Shown here piece after piece: positions 26,879 through 36,367 of a DNA stretch of 59,499 bases (its first letter is position 1; each line of letters begins with the position of its first letter). The DNA is from a virus, in IMG/VR virus record IMGVR_UViG_3300024308_000008, positions 1-59,499 of that record. One strand, written 5' to 3'. The notes under the pieces were generated by a model. It was given only the letters and a program-made list of their open reading frames with translations, did not search any database and was not told where the DNA came from. Both the position numbers and the translations under genes were made by a program.

Positions 26879-27958
26879 TTAAGCCGCAGGGGTGCCTGCC
26901 GGTACCTGCCAGGGCGGGACAGCCGCTTGTGCCGGGTGAGCGGGCTCTGCTACTGCGGGAGCGGCGGCAGCAGCGGGAGCGGCGGCAGCTTGCACAGGTG
27001 CCACTTCTGCGTTAGCCCAAGCAGGCTGAGCAGGGGCAGCGGGTTCCGGGGTAGCTGGGGCAACAGGTGCAGCTGGAGCAACCGGGGCAGCTTGAGCAGC
27101 ACGCTCGATCGCGAGCGGGTGGGTCGGGTTCTGTGCGACCCAGGTGCTGATCTGCTCAGGTGTCCAACCTGCAAACGGGTCAGCGACGACCGGAGCCACA
27201 GGAGGTGCGACAGGTGCGGGTGCTTCAGCAGCAGGTGCTTGCAGAACCTGGGGCGCTACTGCCGGGGAGGCTGCGGGTTGCTCCCAGGGTTGCACAGGGG
27301 CGTTCAGGATAACTGCCGGGGCGGCAGCAGGGGCAGCAGCAGGGGCAACCGGAGCAGCAGGTACGGCAGCAACCGCAGGGGCAGCAGGCACGCCAGGGAA
27401 GCTTGCAGCACTGGGCACGCCAGGGGCGACAGGGGCCGCAGGGACGCCAGCAGGTACGCCAGCAGGAGCGACAGGGAAACCGGCAGCAGGAGCAGCAGCT
27501 TGACCCGGGGCAACAGGCTGCTTCGCCAGATCGTGGTAGTTTGCCAGGTTGTCGAAGCCTTGAGGTTCGTTGCTGTCGTCGTACTCTTCGCCAGTCTGCT
27601 CGTTCTTGCCACCTTTGCGAACCTTCAAGCGGACGTAGAGCTCACGGTTGTGAAGCTGTTCGGTGTTAGTCCAGCTGGGTACGCCAGCAGCGACAGACAA
27701 GCCCGCCAGTTGCTCGTTACCGATGCGGACGGCTTCTTCGGAGGTCGGGTGGGCAACGTTGAAGCCCATGAACACTTTACGACCCTTCGCCCATTCCGGA
27801 GCGGTGATGGTTGCGACGAAAGTGAGACGCTGGCCACCGGCAGTGGTAGCAGCGGCAGCAGAGTCGCCCAGAACCGCTTTGTACCAACCGCGAGGCAGGA
27901 CGTCATATTGCGCTCGTGGCGCATTGTGTTCAGCAGCATTGAAAGTAAACAGAGCCAT
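26879..27958 (-). CDS. DUF669-type single-stranded DNA-binding protein with a ~210-aa Pro/Ala-rich C-terminal extension
   Basis: The N-terminus 'MALFTF...YDVLPRGWYKAVL...GRKVFMGFNV' is DUF669-like. The gene sits next to the Sak4-like ATPase. The tail consists of AP/VP repeats. Confidence 0.65.
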   Translation of the reverse strand: MALFTFNAAEHNAPRAQYDVLPRGWYKAVLGDSAAAATTAGGQRLTFVATITAPEWAKGRKVFMGFNVAHPTSEEAVRIGNEQLAGLSVAAGVPSWTNTEQLHNRELYVRLKVRKGGKNEQTGEEYDDSNEPQGFDNLANYHDLAKQPVAPGQAAAPAAGFPVAPAGVPAGVPAAPVAPGVPSAASFPGVPAAPAVAAVPAAPVAPAAAPAAAPAVILNAPVQPWEQPAASPAVAPQVLQAPAAEAPAPVAPPVAPVVADPFAGWTPEQISTWVAQNPTHPLAIERAAQAAPVAPAAPVAPATPEPAAPAQPAWANAEVAPVQAAAAPAAAAAPAVAEPAHPAQAAVPPWQVPAGTPAA

Positions 27959-28683
27959 TATTGAATACCCTTGATTTTATTGATGATGTAGCCGAGATGC
28001 GGATATTCAAGTTCCGCAAGCCGACCGGACCGGTCTTTTGCAGTATAGCTCGGGTCAGGAGCTGTCTGCAATACTCGAGTTTTTCCACCTTGCCCGTCGG
28101 GGACGGTTGTGTAGCGGAAAAGTTCATCGAACAGGTACGGAAGTTGAGGCCCCAACTTCTGACCTGGCATGGACGGACCGAAGTATTTAGCCCCAGTTTG
28201 TTCGTCCTTGTCACTGCCCATTTTAGCGCTCATGTAAACATGCTTGCCTGGGATGTCGCGGAACTTTTTGATGAGGAGGAGAACTTCATCCTGCATCTCA
28301 CCGTAAGCTTTGCGAGGGTCCTTATTAAGCGGTTTAAAGTGCGCCAGTATTTTTTCAGCAACTTCAGAGATCGAGTCAACAGCGATCGAATCGAAGTGTT
28401 GTTGCATATCAGGGTGGGTACACCAGTTATAAGCATCTTCAAGGTCTTGTAGCGTACTTACAACAAAAGTGATAACGTCTCTCGCGTAAGGCTGGCCAGT
28501 AGGTTGCCAGACGCGATCGAGGTTGTTGACATCCAGGGAAAGTGTTCCGCTCTCTGCGCTAATGAGCACAGGGCGCGGGAGTGTGGCCAGCAAAACAGTT
28601 TTACCGACGCCAGCTTCACCGTAACACAGGATTTTTACACCTGCATCTACTGCAAGCTGACTTGACATAACAGGAGCTAACAT
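27958..28683 (-). CDS. Sak4-like RecA-fold ATPase (AAA_24 family) recombination protein
   Basis: Walker A 'ILCYGEAGVGKT'. Call also rests on size and on synteny with the DUF669 SSB and the exonuclease. Confidence 0.65.
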   Translation of the reverse strand: MLAPVMSSQLAVDAGVKILCYGEAGVGKTVLLATLPRPVLISAESGTLSLDVNNLDRVWQPTGQPYARDVITFVVSTLQDLEDAYNWCTHPDMQQHFDSIAVDSISEVAEKILAHFKPLNKDPRKAYGEMQDEVLLLIKKFRDIPGKHVYMSAKMGSDKDEQTGAKYFGPSMPGQKLGPQLPYLFDELFRYTTVPDGQGGKTRVLQTAPDPSYTAKDRSGRLAELEYPHLGYIINKIKGIQ

Positions 28684-28770
28684 TTCAGGCCCTTTTAGTA
28701 GAATGGGTGAGCAGTGTATGCTCGTTGGTTTGATCTAGCAAGTTTAACCACATTGCCAGTGCATTATTTC

Positions 28771-29703
28771 CTATTCACTTTCTTCAGGCAAGATGTCATC
28801 CGAGCTGCGCCAGCACAAGAAACGACCTTGGCGTGGCTTGTTCAAAACACCCTTGGGAAAGTGACGATATTTGACTATGCGCCCTTCTGCAATAGCTTGC
28901 TCTTTCTCGTTCCAAAGAGCAATCCTTTCCGAGTGGGAAAGTTTACCCGGGCCAATTCGAACCACTTCACCGTCAGACAGACGACGAATTTCAAGCGCCC
29001 CTGACATACCTTTGCCTATTTTGTTTTCTTGGTGAGAGCTTCGCTTAGTCAACCCCTGCGCGTCAATGGTCGCCTCATTAAGGTTTTCCATTGCTTCGTG
29101 TACAACAACCAAGACGCCTTCGGTGTCCTCGTAGGGCTTACGTCGTGTGTAAATTGCCTGGCGTTCTGTAGATTTACCCCACTTGTAGAGCCCATCTGGG
29201 TCGCGCTGGATTATCCCTTCGTAACCCATATCAAGCCATTCAGCTTCCGCCTCGTCAAACTCTTGCAGGCTGTAGATTTCCCGGAAAGGGACTACCTTGA
29301 CGTGAGGAAGGTGGCCATTGGCGTGGCAAGTCTCCACCCATTTCGCCAGCATAGCGTAACGCTCACGGTAGGGGAGGTCTTTGACGCTAGGGTCACACAA
29401 GTCGAAAACGTGCCACATTACTTCAGGCTCGCCTTCCTTGCTCATTGTTGCGGACGTTGTTTTGCGGCACAAGTCGTCATCCGTTTCCAACCCCGCTGCA
29501 AGCTCGCCGTCCATTCCCTGGCAAGCGTTATCGCTAAAGCGCTCGCGTGTGTACAGGTTAGGCATAAGGGCGAGCGTGCGGGTAAGCAAGGTGCCGTACG
29601 GATTGAGCCCACGCACCCCGTCGATCTTCGGCATAACCCACGTGGGGAATGTCAGTTTAGAAGTGTCGACGTTGCACGCTCGAATAGCGCGGAATGATGC
29701 CAT
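28771..29703 (-). CDS. ATP-dependent DNA ligase
   Basis: Motif I 'VMPKIDGVRG', 'MDGELAAG', 'YEGIIQRD', 'LYKWGKST'. ATG 29703 follows AAGGAG. Confidence 0.85.
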   Translation of the reverse strand: MASFRAIRACNVDTSKLTFPTWVMPKIDGVRGLNPYGTLLTRTLALMPNLYTRERFSDNACQGMDGELAAGLETDDDLCRKTTSATMSKEGEPEVMWHVFDLCDPSVKDLPYRERYAMLAKWVETCHANGHLPHVKVVPFREIYSLQEFDEAEAEWLDMGYEGIIQRDPDGLYKWGKSTERQAIYTRRKPYEDTEGVLVVVHEAMENLNEATIDAQGLTKRSSHQENKIGKGMSGALEIRRLSDGEVVRIGPGKLSHSERIALWNEKEQAIAEGRIVKYRHFPKGVLNKPRQGRFLCWRSSDDILPEESE

Positions 29704-29726
29704 GTTTCTTCTCCTTGTAGTTACAA

Positions 29727-29748
29727 CAAAAAGGGCCTTGCGGCCCCT
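29727..29748 (-). terminator. Short GC hairpin plus T-run upstream of the ligase gene
   Basis: The minus strand reads ggggcc-gcaa-ggccc followed by tttttg. Confidence 0.4.
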
Positions 29749-29750
29749 CA

Positions 29751-30182
29751 TTATTCTGCGCCTTTCGGTTTGACAAACTCGAGCGTAGGCGAACCAGGTT
29801 TACTGGTAATGCACTGGTCAACGACCAGTCTTTGCTCTTCTGTCAACTTCTTGTAGAAGGCGACTTTCAAAGTGAGCTTCGTTTCAGCCAGTTGGTCCGT
29901 GTCGATTTCCAGATCTTTGAACTGAGTAGCCAGGTTGGTGTACAGAGGGGCGTCGATGCTTCTGTCGATCTTGTGAACAAGCTTCAGTTTGTAGCCCGCC
30001 CCCAGCTCGTGATAGTTGGTGCCTTCTTTCGGAGTGGCAAAGAAAGTTTTCACAATCTTAGCACGAAGAAGGGATTCACGGGCCTTGGCTTTGGCCAGCG
30101 CCAGCTTCGCTTCGTTCCATGCCATAATGTCTCGGTCTGTTGCTTTTTCGAAGTTATCGGCAACAAAGTTGTGGTCTACCAT
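29751..30182 (-). CDS. Hypothetical protein
   Basis: 143-aa ORF with AGGAG upstream, co-directional. Confidence 0.55.
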   Translation of the reverse strand: MVDHNFVADNFEKATDRDIMAWNEAKLALAKAKARESLLRAKIVKTFFATPKEGTNYHELGAGYKLKLVHKIDRSIDAPLYTNLATQFKDLEIDTDQLAETKLTLKVAFYKKLTEEQRLVVDQCITSKPGSPTLEFVKPKGAE

Positions 30183-30245
30183 ATCAATCTCCTACTTTTG
30201 TTAGACGCCTTTAGTATACAACACCAAAGGCGTCTTTCCAGTTGA

Positions 30246-30677
30246 TTATGCGTCAGTGGAACCGAAACCGCCCTCGCCCCGCTCAGTCTCGCTCAGCTGG
30301 GGCACCTCCGCAAAGCTTACCTTGTTGCGCGGGGCTAGCTTGCCCTGGCAGCAGGCTTTACCTTTGGGGATTTCAAGGGTCTGATCCCCGTCGTTGCGAA
30401 GCGACACTTTCAGAGGCCCCCGGTAATCTGCGTCAATCAGGCCTACGCAATTCGCCAAACGTGTTTGGTAATTGAAGCCGTGACCCGATCGACTGTAAAT
30501 TTCCATTACATAGTCAGCAGGCACTTCGAACGCCAGCTGGAGGTTCACTTCCGTGTAACTCCGGGCAGGAACGATAATGTCGTCCAATGCGTAAAGATCG
30601 AAGCAACCAGCGCCTTCAGTTGCATAAGTGGGTTCTACGGCGTCGACATGCAGTTTTACATAAGGTACTTGGATCAT
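30246..30677 (-). CDS. dut: dUTP diphosphatase
   Basis: 'IYSRSGHGF', 'GLIDADYRGPL', C-terminal 'RGEGGFGSTD'. Confidence 0.85.
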   Translation of the reverse strand: MIQVPYVKLHVDAVEPTYATEGAGCFDLYALDDIIVPARSYTEVNLQLAFEVPADYVMEIYSRSGHGFNYQTRLANCVGLIDADYRGPLKVSLRNDGDQTLEIPKGKACCQGKLAPRNKVSFAEVPQLSETERGEGGFGSTDA

Positions 30678-31138
30678 GTGTGTTGACCTGTGTGTTGGAT
30701 AAAGTTAATTGCATGTGCTCTGAAAATTTCCCTGAAATCTTCAAGCTCGATTGTGCAACGAATTGGCTCTTTTCTGATGTAATGTTGGAACTCAGCAACA
30801 TCGTAAACAGCAGGGTTAAGGCACATCACAACCTTCCACCCTTTACGTTCAACCTTGTACATTAAAACAGGTATTCTGCCACTCTCTGCGGCAGAAGATA
30901 CGCATTGCTTCCACCACACATTTACCTGCAGGGTTGCGTGGTTTTTGACCTCAACGGCGTAACGGCAAGTATTGTCAATATCTGCACCACCTACTGCGGA
31001 TTGATTTTGCCGTCTTTGGGCAATGGGTTTTGGTGGCAAGGGTATGCCTAGAAGTTCATGCACCTCCTCATAAATATCGTTAAAAAATTGGACAGCTTCA
31101 CGCTCAGCTCGCTGCCCTTTATCACGAATATTTACCAT
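30674..31138 (-). CDS. PD-(D/E)XK nuclease, putative Holliday-junction resolvase
   Basis: 'KGQRAEREA', 'GGADID', 'YAVEVKN'. Confidence 0.5.
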   Translation of the reverse strand: MVNIRDKGQRAEREAVQFFNDIYEEVHELLGIPLPPKPIAQRRQNQSAVGGADIDNTCRYAVEVKNHATLQVNVWWKQCVSSAAESGRIPVLMYKVERKGWKVVMCLNPAVYDVAEFQHYIRKEPIRCTIELEDFREIFRAHAINFIQHTGQHT

Positions 31139-31175
31139 TCAAATTCAACCTCTCTTGTACAGTGCTGACAGTTGC

Positions 31176-31556
31176 TCAGACATTATATTTCTCCTTGAGC
31201 GTGACCACAATATGTTCCGACAGTTGTCTACGCTTCGCTTCATAATTAACCTGCAAAGCTTGGCTAGCTTCTTTTGCGAAAACCAGGTCAAACTGGGTAG
31301 CTGGCGAGCCTTTGTGGGTTTTCAGCCAAATAGGGTAACAAGGGTTCCCGCTGTAATCTTTCCAGCTGTAAACGGCGTCGTAAAAGATCTCCAAATATCT
31401 TACAAAGTCGGGGGAGAGACCCACGACGATACCTTTGTCTGACACGTAGCTGTAAACGTGGCCGCACAAGCCTTTGTGCCTCTCAATGTGGTCAGCTTGC
31501 TCCAATGCTTCTTTGATATAGATAGCGATAGCTATTTGGACGGGTGAAAAAGTCAT
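31176..31556 (-). CDS. Hypothetical protein
   Basis: ATG 31556 was chosen because the longer start would overlap the upstream gene. Confidence 0.5.
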   Translation of the reverse strand: MTFSPVQIAIAIYIKEALEQADHIERHKGLCGHVYSYVSDKGIVVGLSPDFVRYLEIFYDAVYSWKDYSGNPCYPIWLKTHKGSPATQFDLVFAKEASQALQVNYEAKRRQLSEHIVVTLKEKYNV

Positions 31557-31569
31557 AAAAGAACCCCCA

Positions 31570-31794
31570 TTAGGCGATTGTAGCGTCGTAGATGCAGTCA
31601 CGCAAAGTCGGGAAATACTGCGAGACTTGCCCGCCTTGCAACGATGACCAGTAATACCAAGGTCTTGCGCTAGAAGTAGGGTAGGCCTTTTTGATGTAGC
31701 GTTTGATCTGAGTGCCGTTCTTTTCCAGCGTAACCCAACGAACCTTCAGACCAGGGTTGTAATGCACTTTGTAAGTAGGTGTGTAAAATTTCAT
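31570..31794 (-). CDS. Hypothetical protein
   Basis: 74-aa ORF with AAGGAG upstream. Confidence 0.5.
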   Translation of the reverse strand: MKFYTPTYKVHYNPGLKVRWVTLEKNGTQIKRYIKKAYPTSSARPWYYWSSLQGGQVSQYFPTLRDCIYDATIA

Positions 31795-31853
31795 GATGTT
31801 CTCCTTTGAGCGGTAGCATTGCCGCTAAGACAAGTCTACTACCGCTAAAAGGA

Positions 31854-34283
31854 TCATTCCACTGATTTTACAGACAAGGTGAGTGCGTCCACATCGTTTA
31901 CGACCCACAGAGTCGCCCTGCATGTTGAGGTAATTGTTTTCATTTCTTGCAAAGCTTTACGCTCGTGGGGTGTAACGACGTTCAGCAAACCCTCTCGAAC
32001 CATTTCGTTGAAGGTTCTTTCCAATGCCTGGGACGGCTTTTCCTTGGTAGCCTTCTCCAGGCGCTGGAGCTGCGCAGTACAACGGCGGGCAATGACACCC
32101 AGGTTGATGATGTTGGCTTTGCGAGACGCATCCCACATGTGCTCCTGGGGACGGTTGGAAACGTCCGTGTTCAGGTAAAGGATAATCGCTTTGACAATAG
32201 CTTTGCGAGTCTTGTCCGCGCTAACTTCACCAATCTGGCCGCTTTCGTGCTTGCTAAGCAAAGCCTTGGTTTGGGTCATTACATATGACTCGCACCACAG
32301 CAAGTCTTCAAGGGTAATAACAGGGTTGTGTGGGTTGTTCATCGCTGCCAGGGTGCCTGTCATTCGTAGAGTTTTTTCTGCAATGCGGTTGTAAAGTGCG
32401 CGAATTGTATCGTCTTCAATCTTACCCTGGGGGCCTAGCTTTTCATCAACAAAGTCGCAAATCCGGTCAAACGCTGCACGGGCTTCGGTAGTAAAAGGAA
32501 TCTCGATCGTAGGTGCGTTCAAATCTGCGCACTCACGACCTATAACGCGCAACCTTTGATATAAGTGGTCGGGAACTGCAATATCTCGACCGTTCTTGTT
32601 ACGCTCACCCCTGTAATCGTCACAAATCTCAATGTTGAGTCGAGACATGAAGCCGCTTGACGCTTGGGTGTCTGACATTGCTTCCAACAACTGGTCGGGT
32701 GTAGTTTCTCCCGCGAAACTGGGGGTCATTGCCCCTACGTATGCGAGCGTCTCGCTAGTTTCGCTCGTTTCTTTACTGGAATAAAGCAAGTCTTCAGGCC
32801 TTGCGTTTACAGTTGCGTCGGAGTAAGCCGTGAGCCAGAAGTCCGACATGTCCGTGTTGTTCTTATCTGTCTTGTTCTTGAGTGAGTTAAGCATACTGCC
32901 GCACTCACTCAGGTAATACAAGCAACGACCCGCTTCACGTGCGTGCTTCATGAGAGCAGCCCCAGATCGAATCTTTGCAGCGGTAATGAACTCACGTGGC
33001 ATATCTTGCTCTTTATTGATTAGGTCGCGCAAAGCCCTGAGTGAGCGCTTAATCGTGTCCTTACCGATCCCAGACTTACCCGCAAAGACGTAATAAGCGT
33101 TCAAGTGGTTACCCTCGACCGCATAGCGCTTGGAAGTCAGGGCGGTAGAAAACGCTAACGCTGTCAAAATAGCAGAAGACTTCAAAGGGTATATAGAAGT
33201 CATGTAAACCCAGCGAGCTATTTCACCAACAATGCCGTGGGGGAAGTCGTAACCTTTTGCTTCAACATCGTACTGCTTCTGGTCAAGAGCTATTTGCTGT
33301 TGCGCCTGGGCGGCAGCTTCTTTAGCTAGTTGCTCGTTCATGACTGCCACGTTGCGCTTCATTTGCTCAACCATGGCGTCCATTTCGGCTTTGCGTGCTT
33401 CTTCTTCTGCGTGCATGTAAGCCCGCATGTTGTTGATCGTGCGTAGAAGATATTTATCGTCTACCATAATCTTGTCTTTTTGCCCAGGCTTAGGACCCCT
33501 GTTCGCTAAAGCAGAAGTCCGGAAGATGCGCATAACCTGGGCATTGTTCGGGGAAGCTTTACACAGGAAGTTGATAAGGGCCCCATCCGCTTCAGAACCT
33601 GAAGGGTATCCGTAAGCAGCAGAAAGGTCGGCAAGGGGTAAAACCATCAAGCCTGTGAAAAGTTCATGGTTATCCCAGTCAGCGATATCTTCTAGCACCT
33701 CTTCGTCTGACTTTTGCTGAGGCTGATCGGGAACTGTGGTTACAATGCGAGCCTTGGCGTCCAGGAAGGGTTTCAAATACTCCAGGATGCCGTTGCCTTC
33801 CGAGATGGGGGCGTTTATGTGGACGTTACCGGTACACACAATGAAGCGCTCTTGCGAGTAGCGCTCCAGGGAAAACTGGCTAGAGCGGCGCCCCTCGCCT
33901 TCGTTAGCCCTAAGCCAAACATGAACCCCCTTACCGCTAGCTGACAATTCAGTATAGGAGCCTGCGCGATTGACAATTTGCCCGTACCATTCCAAATACT
34001 CGGGAGGAGTGTCCTCTTTAACGTCAATGTCGAGGACCGTGTAAGGGTCTGTGTCGGTTAGCACAAACCCAGGTAGCAAACCGGTTGACGCTTCACAAAT
34101 GGATAAAGCTAGTTCAAAAGACATCCAGGTCTGTGGGTTAGCGACGGAGGCCTTTTCCAAAGGTTTCTGAAATCCAGGTTGCCAAAGCGGAATCTTTGAA
34201 GCATCAGAGACAACCCATTGCGGCAATTCTTTTAATTCGTCAGGAAAATGATATTCGTCAAATTCTGTAGTAAACGGAGTCAT
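31854..34283 (-). CDS. Bifunctional prim-pol primase / P-loop helicase
   Basis: 'YTVLDIDVKED' and 'SASGKGVHVWLRA' (prim-pol); Walker A 'FAGKSGIGKDT'. The track start is TTG, so ATG 34283 is preferred. Confidence 0.75.
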   Translation of the reverse strand: MTPFTTEFDEYHFPDELKELPQWVVSDASKIPLWQPGFQKPLEKASVANPQTWMSFELALSICEASTGLLPGFVLTDTDPYTVLDIDVKEDTPPEYLEWYGQIVNRAGSYTELSASGKGVHVWLRANEGEGRRSSQFSLERYSQERFIVCTGNVHINAPISEGNGILEYLKPFLDAKARIVTTVPDQPQQKSDEEVLEDIADWDNHELFTGLMVLPLADLSAAYGYPSGSEADGALINFLCKASPNNAQVMRIFRTSALANRGPKPGQKDKIMVDDKYLLRTINNMRAYMHAEEEARKAEMDAMVEQMKRNVAVMNEQLAKEAAAQAQQQIALDQKQYDVEAKGYDFPHGIVGEIARWVYMTSIYPLKSSAILTALAFSTALTSKRYAVEGNHLNAYYVFAGKSGIGKDTIKRSLRALRDLINKEQDMPREFITAAKIRSGAALMKHAREAGRCLYYLSECGSMLNSLKNKTDKNNTDMSDFWLTAYSDATVNARPEDLLYSSKETSETSETLAYVGAMTPSFAGETTPDQLLEAMSDTQASSGFMSRLNIEICDDYRGERNKNGRDIAVPDHLYQRLRVIGRECADLNAPTIEIPFTTEARAAFDRICDFVDEKLGPQGKIEDDTIRALYNRIAEKTLRMTGTLAAMNNPHNPVITLEDLLWCESYVMTQTKALLSKHESGQIGEVSADKTRKAIVKAIILYLNTDVSNRPQEHMWDASRKANIINLGVIARRCTAQLQRLEKATKEKPSQALERTFNEMVREGLLNVVTPHERKALQEMKTITSTCRATLWVVNDVDALTLSVKSVE

Positions 34284-34363
34284 GTCGCGCACTCTTATAG
34301 GACTCGGGCCAGCAGTATAGCGCCGGCCCCTTGTTTTAAGCAATTAATGACCACAATACGGTA

Positions 34364-34657
34364 TTAACTATCTCTCCAGCTGATTTCCAAACCCATATCT
34401 ACAAACTGGAGTTCTTTCCAGTATTGCTTGACAGAAAAGCCGCTCGCGCGAAGGTGGTTTACAGCCCCTATCACTTCATTGTCTGAAATGAAAGTGTGCA
34501 GTCGAATGCACTGAGCGTAAGGCTCTTCTCGCACGATAACAGAAAAATAACCTTTCTCGGCAGCTTCCCTTACTTTGCAAATCAGGAAATCAACGTAATC
34601 CATTTTAGTCTTATTTTTGACTAGCAAACGTGCATCGTCTGCGGTAAAATCTTTCAT
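34364..34657 (-). CDS. Hypothetical protein
   Basis: 97-aa ORF with AAGGAG upstream. Confidence 0.55.
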   Translation of the reverse strand: MKDFTADDARLLVKNKTKMDYVDFLICKVREAAEKGYFSVIVREEPYAQCIRLHTFISDNEVIGAVNHLRASGFSVKQYWKELQFVDMGLEISWRDS

Positions 34658-34729
34658 TCTGCATTCTCCTTAGCTTGTGCTAGCTAATCTTTGACTTCAC
34701 GCAGAGCCTCGCAGCTCCTTTTAATTTGC

Positions 34730-35347
34730 CTATTCATTCTCCAAAGACAGGACAATCAAGTTCAAATGGGCCCACATAGCTTCCAGGTCAGTTGGGTTGT
34801 CCAGGTCGAACATACCGATGTTGAACTCCGAATGCCGCCCAGGCAACACATGGGCAATCTTCTGAGTCATGCCTGTGCCACCTTCTGTTGGAGCCCCTCC
34901 AGGAGTCCACAAGATAAGCAGATTGCTCTTGCGGTCCAAGTTATCAGCGGGCCCTATCAGCTGGTGAACGTTCCTGGCGTGCAGCTCCAAATGATCAGGC
35001 GCGAGACCTTTGCCTTTGGGGTGTAACGCTCGAACCAGCGCTTTCGCCAATGGCTCGCTGCCTACGTACTGGCGAGCGTTAGGGGCTTCTAACGTCCCGC
35101 CTTTAAGCCCTTTGCTTTGGGAGTTACTAGGGCAAAACAGCTCCAGATAAATGCTGCAATCCTGTTCAGGGAAATTGGCTTCCGCCCCTTTGCGAAACGC
35201 CAGGTCGCACCCGCTGCTAACAGCGTCGGAGCCTGCACCTGTGCGCAGCCTCCACTTGCGCTTAGCCATGTGCGCCCCAATCTGCTCGCACACCTCCAGC
35301 ACCTTAGGAGGAGCGTTACGGGGACCTATGCCTGTGTAGATCATCAT
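34730..35347 (-). CDS. SLOG-superfamily (DprA/Smf-like Rossmann) protein
   Basis: 'IYTGIGPRNAP', 'LRTGAGSD', 'HARNVHQLIG', 'GGTGMTQKIA'. Confidence 0.45.
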   Translation of the reverse strand: MMIYTGIGPRNAPPKVLEVCEQIGAHMAKRKWRLRTGAGSDAVSSGCDLAFRKGAEANFPEQDCSIYLELFCPSNSQSKGLKGGTLEAPNARQYVGSEPLAKALVRALHPKGKGLAPDHLELHARNVHQLIGPADNLDRKSNLLILWTPGGAPTEGGTGMTQKIAHVLPGRHSEFNIGMFDLDNPTDLEAMWAHLNLIVLSLENE

Positions 35348-36303
35348 TACCAGTCTCCTTCTATACTTGTGACCGGGTCAATTGGGAAATAGTCCCAAGC
35401 AGAGACAGGCCAGCGGCACTCGAGAGTGTCTCCCTTCTGGTGAACCAAGAGACCGACTTCCGCAAAAGTACCCCGCAGATACTTGAAGTCGACGTCGGGA
35501 TATTCAGCAAGAGACAGTGAGGCGGTGGTCGGCTCTTTTGGCGAACCACTTCTGTGTACCTCTAAAAGGTTCAATACCAAAGTGCTAATAGCCCGGCAGG
35601 TATCCCGGTTGGTAGGTTTGTGTTTCACTTCAACAAGACAACCGAAGCCTTGCATCTTATAGCCCTTTTGCCGGAGGTACTCAATCAACTGCATAGGCGT
35701 ACCAGGCGCAGGCAGAGTGGTTGGCGGTAAAACCCCCTTGGGCGGCATAGTGGGCTGGGCAAAGCTGGGGTCAACGTATTCCAGGTCTTTACCGAGCGAA
35801 TCTGCAATCTTCTTGCGCTCTTCAGGGGTTAGGGGGTGGCCTTTCAGAAGCGCTTTAGCTTCCTGGGTCAGCAGTTCGGTTTTACCCGCGCCACGAAAAC
35901 CTTCAGCAATCCCGTCGTCAGGGCACCAAGGCGTAGCTTCTAAGCTCTTGTGTTTTGCTATTGCACCTTTGGGCCAAGTGACCACAGTGTGTACATAAGG
36001 AACCCGGTGTGGGCCGGATTCGCATATTATCTCGAGCTCGGACTTGGTGTGGAAGCGGTAACCTGCTTCAGCCAAAGCCTTGAACACCTGGCTCATAAAC
36101 AATGGACCCGTACGAATGTCGTTCTTGTCCCAACCCGCGAACTTTTCACTGAGCAACGGCACCCGGTTGTGCCCGTTGGCGGCAGCGTGGCGGATAGCAG
36201 TTTCGATTAGAGTCAGGTGCTGTTGAATAGCGCGATCGTCTTGATTTTCCGGAACACCGGCAGCCAGGAGACTTGCACTTTTAGCTTCGAGGATGTAAGG
36301 CAT
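35347..36303 (-). CDS. Hypothetical protein
   Basis: 318-aa ORF whose stop overlaps the downstream start. Confidence 0.6.
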   Translation of the reverse strand: MPYILEAKSASLLAAGVPENQDDRAIQQHLTLIETAIRHAAANGHNRVPLLSEKFAGWDKNDIRTGPLFMSQVFKALAEAGYRFHTKSELEIICESGPHRVPYVHTVVTWPKGAIAKHKSLEATPWCPDDGIAEGFRGAGKTELLTQEAKALLKGHPLTPEERKKIADSLGKDLEYVDPSFAQPTMPPKGVLPPTTLPAPGTPMQLIEYLRQKGYKMQGFGCLVEVKHKPTNRDTCRAISTLVLNLLEVHRSGSPKEPTTASLSLAEYPDVDFKYLRGTFAEVGLLVHQKGDTLECRWPVSAWDYFPIDPVTSIEGDW

Positions 36304-36367
36304 GATTAAATCCTTGTGGTTACAAATTAAAAGGGCCTAAATGGACCCTTTAAGTATAGGATACTTA

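Noticed and set aside
26927-27964. 345-aa + strand ORF, plus ORFs 27144..27503, 27403..27669, 27304..27612 and others, overlapping the SSB gene
   Set aside because: They are Arg/Gly/Ser-rich mirror frames of the GC-rich Pro/Ala repeat. They have no RBS and run antisense or out of frame to a gene with a recognisable DUF669 N-terminus and tight operon junctions.
30203-30235. 10-bp stem hairpin (agacgccttt...aaaggcgtct) between dut and the next gene, considered as a terminator
   Set aside because: It has a long 13-nt loop and no T-run on the transcribed (minus) strand. It may be an RNA-processing or stability element, but the evidence is insufficient to call a terminator.
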